Assembly: GCA_041491785.1 (NCBI GenBank)
Contig: JBGPVQ010000001.1
Location: 1 to 30,285, forward strand
Direction of reading: 5' to 3'
Origin: Gemmatimonadota bacterium
GTDB taxonomy: Bacteria; Gemmatimonadota; Gemmatimonadetes; Gemmatimonadales; GWC2-71-9
DNA: 30,285 nt
In this document: in pieces, positions 1 through 7,420 of the stretch
Layout: each line of letters starts with the position of its first letter
Numbering within the stretch: position 1 is the stretch's first letter
The notes under the pieces: model-generated
Told to the model about the DNA's origin: nothing
Seen by the model: the letters and a program-made list of their open reading frames with translations, nothing else
Databases searched by the model: none
Made by a program: the position numbers and the translations under genes

Positions 1-47
1 CCGTCTACGCCCACGGTCTCGAACTTGTCGGCCACCAGCACTTTCAT
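1..47 (-). CDS. N-terminal fragment (runs off the window edge) of a D-3-phosphoglycerate dehydrogenase-like / D-2-hydroxyacid dehydrogenase
   Basis: ATG at 47 preceded by GGAGGGG; translates MKVLVADKFETVGVD, a typical SerA-like N-terminus; 22 nt downstream of the DUF1015 gene, a known neighbourhood. Only 15 codons are visible. Confidence 0.6.
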   Translation of the reverse strand, partial: MKVLVADKFETVGVD

Positions 48-69
48 CGGGTCGCCCCTCCGGGGTCGC

Positions 70-1296
70 TCAGTCGAGCGTGTGTACGAAGAGCCCGCTC
101 CTGAGCTTGGGCTCGAACCAGGTGGACTTGGGCGGCAGAATTGCGCCCGCGTCGGCAATGGTCATCAACTGCTGCACGGTCACGGGATAGAGTGCGAAGG
201 CGGCCGCCATCTCGCCGGAGCGAACCCGGCGTTCGAGCTCGGCGGTACCCCGGGCACCGCCGACAAAATCGAGGCGCTTGTCGGTCCGCTCGTCACCGAT
301 GCCGAGGACCGGCGCAAGCACGCGATCGTGGAGCAGGGACACGTCGAGGGAGCGAATCGGATCCCGCTGGTCGATCGACCCCGGATCGAATTCGAGGCGG
401 TGCCAGCCCCCCGCGACGAAGACCCCGAAGGTTCCGGTTCGTTCGGGCGCGGGAGCGGCCGCGGGCGTCAGCGTACCGAGGCCGGCCAGCCGGGCGAGGA
501 AGGCTTCGGCGGTCAGACCGTTCAGGTCGCGCACCACGCGATTGTAGGGAAGTATGCGGAGCTGGTTGGCGGGGAAGAGCACCGCCGGGAACCAGTTGTA
601 CTCTTCCTCGCCGGTATGCTGAAGGTTGGCCTCCCGGCGCTCCATCCCGGCACGCCATGCGCTGGCACAGCGATGGTGGCCGTCGGCAACGTAGACCACA
701 GGAATCCGCCGGAAGCAGTCGATGTACGAGGCGGTATCGGAGATGCGCCAGAGCCGGTGCTCGACACCGTCGTCCGCCGTGAAATTGTAAAGCGGGGGTG
801 TCGAGAGGACCTTCTGGTTCAACTGGGTCAGGAACGGGTTGCCTTGAAGAGTGAGGAAGACCGGCTCGGGATGGGCGTTCAGCGCCAACATGTGCCGGGT
901 GCGGTCGTCCTCCTTGTCCTTCCGGGTCTTCTCATGCTTCCGAATGATGTCGTTGGCGTAGTCGTCGACGTGGACGCAGCCGACCACGCCGACCTGGGCG
1001 CGACCCTGAATGCTCAGCTCGTAGAGATAGAATGACGGGGCGGCCTCGCGGAGAAAGCTGCCGTCGCTGAGGAAGTGCTGGAGGGCCGCCCGGGCGGTGG
1101 CATAGACCTTGGCATCGTACGGGTCGGTGTCCGGCGAACAGTCGATTTCGGCGCGGGTGACGTGCAGGAAACTCAGGGGGTTGCCCGCTGCCAACTGCGA
1201 GGCCTCGGCGCGCGTCACGACGTCGTAGGGGGGGGCTGCCACGCGCGTGACGATCGCGGGGAGCGGCCGCCAGGCGCGGAACGGTCGAAGACGGAT
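70..1296 (-). CDS. DUF1015 family protein (about 408 aa; probable start is ATC at 1296, ORF-track start is GTG at 1242)
   Basis: Family motifs AAPPYDV, HExT, Y(I/V)ADGHHR and MPPKSTWFEPKLRSGLFVH-like C-terminus. The frame continues upstream of 1242 as (I)RLRPFRAWRP, the usual N-terminal PFRAxRP motif, directly after GGAGG. Confidence 0.88.
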   Translation of the reverse strand: MRLRPFRAWRPLPAIVTRVAAPPYDVVTRAEASQLAAGNPLSFLHVTRAEIDCSPDTDPYDAKVYATARAALQHFLSDGSFLREAAPSFYLYELSIQGRAQVGVVGCVHVDDYANDIIRKHEKTRKDKEDDRTRHMLALNAHPEPVFLTLQGNPFLTQLNQKVLSTPPLYNFTADDGVEHRLWRISDTASYIDCFRRIPVVYVADGHHRCASAWRAGMERREANLQHTGEEEYNWFPAVLFPANQLRILPYNRVVRDLNGLTAEAFLARLAGLGTLTPAAAPAPERTGTFGVFVAGGWHRLEFDPGSIDQRDPIRSLDVSLLHDRVLAPVLGIGDERTDKRLDFVGGARGTAELERRVRSGEMAAAFALYPVTVQQLMTIADAGAILPPKSTWFEPKLRSGLFVHTLD

Positions 1297-1343
1297 AGAT
1301 CCTCCACCTGAGAAGACGGGGCCGCGGGCCCCAGGAGCCGAGG

Positions 1344-1373
1344 ATGCTACCGGAGCGGGCGGGCGGGCGTCAA
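1344..1373 (-). promoter_or_regulatory. sigma70-type promoter for the DUF1015 and SerA-like genes
   Basis: TTGACG (1373-1368), 18 nt spacer, TAGCAT (1349-1344); the -35 overlaps the stop codon of the upstream DUF4442 gene; the leader contains a GGGGCC-CGC-GGCCCC hairpin. Confidence 0.5.
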
Positions 1374-1702
1374 GTGCGGCGGATGGGCACCACTTTCTCG
1401 ATTTCAGCGTGCACCACGCCCTCGCCGTCCACCAGATCGACTCGATAGGTGCGATCGACCCGCTCCGTTTCCGCCAGCGCCGCGCGAATATGGTCGGGCT
1501 TTCCCGGGTCGAGGCGGAGGGTCGCGGAGAGGGTGTCGCGACCAGGCCGCCGGAACCGGATGCTGGCGGCCTTGTCCCACACGACGTAACTGGGGCCGAG
1601 CCGGTGGATTAGCATGAACATGAAGAAAGGATCAACCGCGGCGTACATGCTGCCGCCGAAAATGGTTCCGACGTAGTTACGGGTCCGCCACGACTCGCTC
1701 AC
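1370..1702 (-). CDS. DUF4442 / hot-dog (thioesterase-fold) protein, 110 aa, apparently missing an N-terminal segment
   Basis: WRTRNYVGTIFGGSMYAAVDP and YVVWDKAASIRFRRPG motifs; the GTG start overlaps the upstream TGA (GTGA coupling at 1699-1702). Confidence 0.75.
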   Translation of the reverse strand: MSESWRTRNYVGTIFGGSMYAAVDPFFMFMLIHRLGPSYVVWDKAASIRFRRPGRDTLSATLRLDPGKPDHIRAALAETERVDRTYRVDLVDGEGVVHAEIEKVVPIRRT

Positions 1703-2982
1703 GGCGCGCGGACAAGCTGCCCACCCTTCATCACCAATCGCAGGTTCCGGAGGTCGGAAATCTTCTGGGTGGGATCGCCCTCGACGGCGATCAGGTCCGC
1801 CAGGAGGGCGGGCCGGATCTGGCCAAGCCGGTCGTCGAGATGGAAGATCCTGGCGTTGCCGGCGGTTGCGGCCTTGAGCACGTCGAGGGGCGACATGCCG
1901 TACTCCACCATCAGCTCGAGCTCCCGGGCGTTATCGCCGTGAGAAAAGACCCCGACGTCGCTCCCGGCACAGATTACCACCTTGGCGGCGAGGGCGCGCT
2001 TGAAGCTGGCCTTCTTCTCGGTGATCTCCGCCGGCTCCGGATCGGCTCCCTTCTTCCAGCCGCGATACTGGCGCACCGCTTCGCCGGCGGAGAGGGTGGG
2101 ACAGAGGGCTACGCCGCGCTGGGCCATGAGGCGGAAGACGTCCGCGGTGCCCGCATCGCCGTGCTCGATGGTCTCGACGCCCGCGAGTACCGCGCGGCGC
2201 ATCCCTTCGGGCGTGCTGGCGTGCGCGACAACCGGGCGCCCGCTGCTCCGCGCCGTCTCGACGATGCGGGTCAGTTCCTCGAGCAGGAACGTCGGGCGGG
2301 TTTCCCCGGCAGGGCCCCACCGGTAATCGGCGTAGACCTTGACCCAGTCCGCACCCTTGGAGATCTGGCTCCGGGTCACCTGGGTCACGGCGTCGAGACC
2401 GCTGGCCTCCTCGGCGCCCTGCGGGATGTCCCAGCGCGGATCGAAGCCGCGGGGCCCGTAGCTCCCGGTGGCCACGATGGCGCGGGTGACCACCAGCATC
2501 CGCGGACCCGGTACGATGCCTTGCTCGATGGCCTGTTTGAGTCCGACGTCCGCTTCCCCGGCCCCCTCGCTTCCCAGATCGCGGACCGTGGTGAACCCCG
2601 CCTCGAGGGTCCGGCGGGCGTGGTTCACCGCGCGGGCGACCCGGAGCGCCAGCGGCTCGTGGAGCACCTGGTCGTTCCAGCTGGTTTCGTCGTACGGGTG
2701 CAGCAGCAGGTGAGAGTGGCCTTCGATGAGGCCCGGCAGGAGCGTCATTCCCTTGAGCGCGATGCGGCGCGCGTCGGTCGGGGTGGCGGCCTCGAGTGCC
2801 GGGCCCACCCCCAGAATTCGATCACCGCGCACCAGGACGGACCAGCCGGGATGCACAGTGATGCCGTCGAAGACGCGGTCGGGAAGCAGGAGGATGACCG
2901 GTCCGTCGGCGCCCTGCGCTGCGGCGAGGCCGGGCAGTCCTAGCCAGGCGGCGGACAGGAGCGCACGAAGCCATCGCCGCAT
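1699..2982 (-). CDS. Secreted metal-dependent amidohydrolase, Xaa-Pro dipeptidase/prolidase-like subgroup (427 aa)
   Basis: ATG 2982 with GGAGG RBS and signal peptide (MRRWLRALLSAAWLGLPGLAAA-Q); full ligand set EGHSHL (HxH), VKVY (Lys), VAHAS, IEHGD, GSDVG. The ORF-track start at 3333 is an over-extension. Confidence 0.9.
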   Translation of the reverse strand: MRRWLRALLSAAWLGLPGLAAAQGADGPVILLLPDRVFDGITVHPGWSVLVRGDRILGVGPALEAATPTDARRIALKGMTLLPGLIEGHSHLLLHPYDETSWNDQVLHEPLALRVARAVNHARRTLEAGFTTVRDLGSEGAGEADVGLKQAIEQGIVPGPRMLVVTRAIVATGSYGPRGFDPRWDIPQGAEEASGLDAVTQVTRSQISKGADWVKVYADYRWGPAGETRPTFLLEELTRIVETARSSGRPVVAHASTPEGMRRAVLAGVETIEHGDAGTADVFRLMAQRGVALCPTLSAGEAVRQYRGWKKGADPEPAEITEKKASFKRALAAKVVICAGSDVGVFSHGDNARELELMVEYGMSPLDVLKAATAGNARIFHLDDRLGQIRPALLADLIAVEGDPTQKISDLRNLRLVMKGGQLVRAP

Positions 2983-3008
2983 CGGTACCCTCCGGAAAAT
3001 CGAATGGA

Positions 3009-3893
3009 TCACAGTGGCGGGGCGGAGTCTTCTGCTACCAGCGCGATCCGATCGCCGGAGGGGCTCACCGCGAGACGGGAGATCTTCTGGAGCCCCGGCT
3101 CGCCGAAGCGGGCGATTTCGGCCCAGGCGGTGTCTCCCGGCCGCCAGCGGAGGACCCGGTTGCCGGCCGCCGAGAGCAGCTCCCCGGCAGGCGTCCAGGC
3201 GAAGAACTCGCTCCCTTCGACGAGCCGGGCGAGCGGCACGCTGACGCCGGTTACCGGATCGAGGGAACGGACCCAGACGCCGGAGGAGTCGTGCTGGAGG
3301 TAACTCACCGCGTGGCGCCCCGGAACCGGCCACAGCGACCGGCCGATGTCCGAGGCCATTACGTCCGCGGTGCCGCGCGACACCACGGCGCGGCGGAGCG
3401 TCGCGGGGCTGCCAAGAACAAAGATGAAAACGGTATCGGGGGCGAGCCAGGTGTGGTAACCGACCGGCTTGATGGTATCGAGGAGCGGGCCCACCGGAGT
3501 TCCTTCGAGCGTGAAGGCCCAGAGGCGCTGGGTGGAGTCGCGCTCCACGCGGATGACCGACAATCGCCGACCGTCGGGCATGACCGTGGGAGAATATTCG
3601 CTCTCCGCCGTCCGGGTCACCTGGGTGGCCGTACGCGAGGCGAAGTCATACCGATAGATGTCGGTTTGTCCGTCCCGCTGCGAGGTGTAGTAGAGGCCCC
3701 GCCCGTCGGGAGTGAAGAAGGGTTGATTGTCGTACCCCGCCCGAGCGGTGAGGTTGGCCGCGGGGCCGACGGTGAGTGTCGCCCCGTTTCGGATCAGCGG
3801 CGCCACGTAGATGTCCGTGCCCGGAGGCGCCTGGGCCGCCAGCGGGGGCAGGAGCGCGAGCGCCGCGGCGAGGGGAAGCCGGGAGGGTATCAT
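3009..3893 (-). CDS. Secreted TolB/PD40 (WD40-like) beta-propeller protein (294 aa)
   Basis: ATG 3893, signal peptide MIPSRLPLAAALALLPPLAAQA; PD40-like repeats YDNQPFFTPDG, SEYSPTVMPDG, SRLAVSPSGD. Confidence 0.8.
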   Translation of the reverse strand: MIPSRLPLAAALALLPPLAAQAPPGTDIYVAPLIRNGATLTVGPAANLTARAGYDNQPFFTPDGRGLYYTSQRDGQTDIYRYDFASRTATQVTRTAESEYSPTVMPDGRRLSVIRVERDSTQRLWAFTLEGTPVGPLLDTIKPVGYHTWLAPDTVFIFVLGSPATLRRAVVSRGTADVMASDIGRSLWPVPGRHAVSYLQHDSSGVWVRSLDPVTGVSVPLARLVEGSEFFAWTPAGELLSAAGNRVLRWRPGDTAWAEIARFGEPGLQKISRLAVSPSGDRIALVAEDSAPPL

Positions 3894-3899
3894 CGCTCC

Positions 3900-3905
3900 A
3901 TTATA
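3900..3905 (-). promoter_or_regulatory. Perfect -10 box (TATAAT) 6 nt upstream of the TolB-like ATG; leaderless-promoter geometry
   Basis: Minus strand reads GGGGG-TATAAT-GGAGCG-ATG; the hexamer includes the TAA stop of the upstream ArsC/Spx gene. Confidence 0.45.
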
Positions 3906-4266
3906 CCCCCCGGCCACCCGCCTTGCCCGACCAGTCGCGCCAGATCGATTCCGCCGGGCCGATGGTAAGCTGATGCTGGAATCGGACCAGCGGCATGCGG
4001 AGGAGCAGCGGTTCTGCGACCAGACGCTCGAGCCAGTGGTCGTCGGAGTAGACCGCCGCACCGAGGCCGAGGTCGCTGAACCGCTTCGAGTTGCGGTCGA
4101 CCAGGGCGTGGGCCCCGAATTTCTGGGAAAATCGGATGAGCTCCCCATGCGAGGCTCCCCGTTCGGCCAGGTCGACGAAGTGAACCTGGACTCGACGCTC
4201 GGCGAAGAAGCGGAGCGCGGCGCGGGTATCGGCGCTCTTTCTGATGCCGAAGACCTGGACCTCCAC
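3901..4266 (-). CDS. ArsC/Spx/MgsR (thioredoxin-fold) family protein with no cysteine (121 aa)
   Basis: GTG start; QVFGIRKSADTRAALRFFAERRVQVHFVDL N-terminus and EPLLLRMPLV motif typical of the family; no Cys in the translation. Confidence 0.8.
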   Translation of the reverse strand: MEVQVFGIRKSADTRAALRFFAERRVQVHFVDLAERGASHGELIRFSQKFGAHALVDRNSKRFSDLGLGAAVYSDDHWLERLVAEPLLLRMPLVRFQHQLTIGPAESIWRDWSGKAGGRGV

Positions 4267-4298
4267 GACGAATTCAACCCCTGGCGGGAGTGGCGCGT

Positions 4299-4337
4299 AA
4301 TCTAGCGTTGGCTCCCGACGCCGCGGAGCCATAGATT
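4299..4337. promoter_or_regulatory. Divergent promoter region with quasi-palindrome
   Basis: AATCTA-gcgt-TGGCTCC-N9-GGAGCCA-TAGATT; plus strand TTGGCT (4308-4313), 18 nt, TAGATT (4332-4337); the minus strand also has TAGATT (4304-4299). Confidence 0.45.
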
Positions 4338-4391
4338 CTCCCGGCCAGGACATCCCGGCCCCTCACGTCCCTCCCAGCCCGGAGGCTGGTC

Positions 4392-6044
4392 ATGCGCCTG
4401 ACCCCGGCGGCACGCGCCCTCATCCCGGCGGCCGCCCTCCTCGTTTCGACCACTCCCTCGCTCGTGGCGCAATCCGACACCTGGGCACTCATCAACGCGC
4501 GGATCCAGACCGTAACGCACGGAGTGATCGAGAAGGGCACCATCATTATTCGGAAGGGACTGATCGAAGCGGTCGGTCCGGCGGTCACCGTCCCCCCGGA
4601 TGCCCGCGTCCTCGACCTGTCGGGGAAGACGGTCACCGCGGGCTTGGTGGATCTCACCTCCTCGCTCGGGCTGGCGGCTCCTCCCGCCGGAGGCGGCGGT
4701 GGGCCCGGGGGCGGGGGGGGAGGAGCGGCCGCACCGGCTCCCGGCGCCCCCCGGCCGGGGCTCGAGCCGGATCGGGACGTGACCCGCGAACTCAAGGTGG
4801 CCCCCGGGGACGTCAAGCCGGTGCGCGATCTGGGCGTCACCTCGGTGCTGGTGGCGCCGTCGCGGGGACTGTTCCGCGGCCGGTCCGCGCTGATTCCGCT
4901 CCGGGACAGCGTCGATGCGAAGGATGTCATCCGCGCCCCGGTCGCCGAGCACATCGGTTACCAGGGCGCGCAGGGTGACTACCCCGCCACGCTGCTGGGG
5001 GTGATCGCCTACCAGCGGCAGTCGCTTTACAACGCGCAACGGCAGGGAGTTCTGCTCGACCGGTACAAAGCCAATCCGCGCGGCATGGAGCGGCCCGAGA
5101 ACGATGCGGGCCTGGATGCCCTGGTTCCGGTGGTGCGGGGGCAACTTCCCGCGTTCATCGACGCGAACAACGAAAACGAGATCCGGCGCGCGGACCGGCT
5201 TGCGAAAGAGTTCAAGCTCAACGCCACGATCGTGGGGGCCACCGAAGGGTGGCAGGCGCTGGACGCGCTCGCGGGGCATGGAGTGGTGGTGTCGGTCAAC
5301 TTCCCGCAGCCGACCTCGGTGACCGGGTGGTCGTATCGACTGAGCCAGCGCCGCCCCCTCGGCGATAGCGCGGCTTCGGCCCGGGAAGGGCAGAAGCTGA
5401 TCGAAGGCAATGCCGCTGCGCTCCACAAGGCCGGCGTCAAGTTCGCGCTGGCCTCGGGGGGAACCCGGGACTTCGTGATCAACGTGCGAAAAGTGGTGGC
5501 CGCGGGCCTTCCGGCGGACGTCGCACTTCAGGCGGTGACCATCCGCGCCGCCGAGATGGCCGGCGCGGGAGAAATGCTGGGAAGCGTCGAGACCGGCAAG
5601 ATCGCGAACCTGGTGGTGTCGAGCGGCGACATCCTCAGCGATTCCGCCAAGGTGAGTGCGGTGTTTGTCGACGGGATCCGGTACGAGGTCGCGCCGCCTC
5701 CGGCGGCACGGGCTGGCGGCAGCGGACCCGGCGGGCCGGCGGCGCAAATCGGCGGGAGCTGGGCCATGACGCTCACTTCCCCGCAGGGCCCGCTGGATCT
5801 CACCGTCACGATCACCCAGAGCGGAGCGTCGTTCGGCGGAACCATGGTCAGCCAATTCGGGAGCCAGGAGATCGGCGACGGCCAGATTTCCGGCCGCACC
5901 GTGACGTGGACCACTACCCTCAGTTTCGGCGGCCAGACCGCCACCCTCAACTACCGCGCCGAAGTGGACGGCAACCGGATGACCGGCTCCGCCGACCTCG
6001 GCAGCTTCGGCAGCGGCACCTTTACCGCGGAGCGGAAGCCATGA
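4392..6044 (+). CDS. Secreted amidohydrolase-fold protein lacking metal ligands, with a C-terminal all-beta domain (550 aa)
   Basis: GGAGG RBS, signal peptide; N-terminal LINARIQT..IEKGTIIIRKGLI and C-terminal GSVETGKIANLVV amidohydrolase beta-sandwich motifs; the HxH position reads GLVDLTSSL. Confidence 0.85.
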   Translation: MRLTPAARALIPAAALLVSTTPSLVAQSDTWALINARIQTVTHGVIEKGTIIIRKGLIEAVGPAVTVPPDARVLDLSGKTVTAGLVDLTSSLGLAAPPAGGGGGPGGGGGGAAAPAPGAPRPGLEPDRDVTRELKVAPGDVKPVRDLGVTSVLVAPSRGLFRGRSALIPLRDSVDAKDVIRAPVAEHIGYQGAQGDYPATLLGVIAYQRQSLYNAQRQGVLLDRYKANPRGMERPENDAGLDALVPVVRGQLPAFIDANNENEIRRADRLAKEFKLNATIVGATEGWQALDALAGHGVVVSVNFPQPTSVTGWSYRLSQRRPLGDSAASAREGQKLIEGNAAALHKAGVKFALASGGTRDFVINVRKVVAAGLPADVALQAVTIRAAEMAGAGEMLGSVETGKIANLVVSSGDILSDSAKVSAVFVDGIRYEVAPPPAARAGGSGPGGPAAQIGGSWAMTLTSPQGPLDLTVTITQSGASFGGTMVSQFGSQEIGDGQISGRTVTWTTTLSFGGQTATLNYRAEVDGNRMTGSADLGSFGSGTFTAERKP

Positions 6045-7420
6045 TGCTTACCGCGCTACTTGCGCTCGCTGCGCAGAATCCTCCCGCAGCGCAGGGAGAC
6101 ACCACTCGCCGGCCGGCCGCGATGCCGGTGTACGTGGCGCCGGTTCCCCCGGCCGCCACCCTGGTGGCCATCACCAACGCCACCATTCTCACCGCGAGTC
6201 ACGGGACGATCGAAAAGGGAACCATCCTCATCCGGAACGGGAAGATCGCCGCGATCGGGAAGGACCTCGTTGTTCCCGCGGGCGCCCAGGTCATCGACGG
6301 CAACGGCAAGTACGTCATGCCCGGCATCATCGACGCCCACTCCCACAGCGCGAGCGAGGCGATCAACGAGGGAACCCGCTCGATCACCGCGCAGGTCCGG
6401 ATCGAGGACGTCCTCAAGGAGGACGCCATCAGTCTGTATCGGCAGCTCGCCGGCGGGGTTACCAGCGCCAACGTGCTGCACGGCTCGGCCAATACGATCG
6501 GCGGCCAGAATGCGGTGATCAAGCTGCGCTGGGGGCTTCCGGCGGACTCGCTGCTCTTCGCGGGGGCACCCCCGGGAATCAAGTTCGCCCTGGGCGAAAA
6601 CGTGCGACAGACCAACGGCCCGCAGATCCCGGGGCGGCCGCAGCGCTATCCGCGGACCCGGATGGGAGTGGAGGAGCTGCTCCGCGACGCCTTCACCCGG
6701 GCCAGGGAGTACCAGGCCGGGTGGAAGGCCTACGACGATGCCAAGAAGTCCCTCAAGAAGGGGCAGGCGGAGCCGCTCCCGCCGGCGCGGGACCTCCAGC
6801 TCGACGCCCTGGTCGAGGTGCTGGAAGGAAAACGCCTGGTCCACGCGCACTCCTATCGTTCGGATGAAATCCTGATGCTCCTCAAGGTGGCAAAGGATTT
6901 CGGATTCCGGATTGCCAGTCTGCAGCACGTACTCGAGGGCTACAAGATCGCCGACGAAATCGCGGCCGCGGGCACCGGAGCGTCGACCTTCGCCGACAAC
7001 TGGGCCTACAAGCTCGAGGCCTTCGATGCGATCCCCTTCAACGCCGCGCTCATGGCGGAGCGCGGGGTCAAGGTCTCCGTCAATTCCGACTCCGACGAGC
7101 GGGCCCGCCGGCTGTACCAGGAGGCGGCCAAGGCGATGAAGTACGGCGGGGCCTCCGAGGAAGAGGCCATCCGGATGATCACGCTGAACGCCGCCTGGCA
7201 GTTGGGCATCGACAAGCTGACCGGCTCCATCGACGTCGGGAAAGACGCCGACATCGCGATTTTCAGCGGCCACCCCTTCGCGCCGGCCAGCCGGGTCGAA
7301 ATGACCCTGATCGACGGCCGGGTGTTCTTCGACCGCACCAAGGCCCCGACGCTCGAGAGTCTGATCGAGCAGCTCAAGCGGCGGCCGCGAGCCAACACCA
7401 CCAGTGGAGGTGCCCTGTGA
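6041..7420 (+). CDS. Secreted amidohydrolase with intact metal-binding motifs (459 aa)
   Basis: ATG 6041 overlaps the upstream TGA (ATGA); PGIIDAHSHS (HxH), IKFALGEN (Lys), VHAHSYR, LQHVLEG, NSDS; GSIDVGKDADI. Confidence 0.9.
   Translation: MMLTALLALAAQNPPAAQGDTTRRPAAMPVYVAPVPPAATLVAITNATILTASHGTIEKGTILIRNGKIAAIGKDLVVPAGAQVIDGNGKYVMPGIIDAHSHSASEAINEGTRSITAQVRIEDVLKEDAISLYRQLAGGVTSANVLHGSANTIGGQNAVIKLRWGLPADSLLFAGAPPGIKFALGENVRQTNGPQIPGRPQRYPRTRMGVEELLRDAFTRAREYQAGWKAYDDAKKSLKKGQAEPLPPARDLQLDALVEVLEGKRLVHAHSYRSDEILMLLKVAKDFGFRIASLQHVLEGYKIADEIAAAGTGASTFADNWAYKLEAFDAIPFNAALMAERGVKVSVNSDSDERARRLYQEAAKAMKYGGASEEEAIRMITLNAAWQLGIDKLTGSIDVGKDADIAIFSGHPFAPASRVEMTLIDGRVFFDRTKAPTLESLIEQLKRRPRANTTSGGAL

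Noticed and set aside
25-1035. 336-aa plus-strand ORF opposite DUF1015, and similar long antisense ORFs (1840-2943, 4302-5855, 6056-7273, 7006-8676, 9147-10916, 14671-15654, 16894-18522, 18420-20606, 25682-26746, 26757-28073)
   Set aside because: Shadow ORFs on the reverse strand of well-supported genes; stops are rare in GC-rich DNA; no family motifs or RBS.
1699-3333. ORF-track starts at 3333, 4277, 4353, 5906, 8694, 13226, 16526, 16765, 17640, 24918 and 26718
   Set aside because: These extensions overlap neighbouring genes and are low-complexity Arg/Pro/Gly text; downstream starts have an RBS, stop-start coupling, a signal peptide or promoter geometry.
3901-4266. ArsC/Spx-like gene as part of the arsenic resistance system
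   Set aside because: It has no cysteine, lies 10 kb from the ars operon, has no ArsR operator upstream, and a complete LMW-PTP ArsC is already present.
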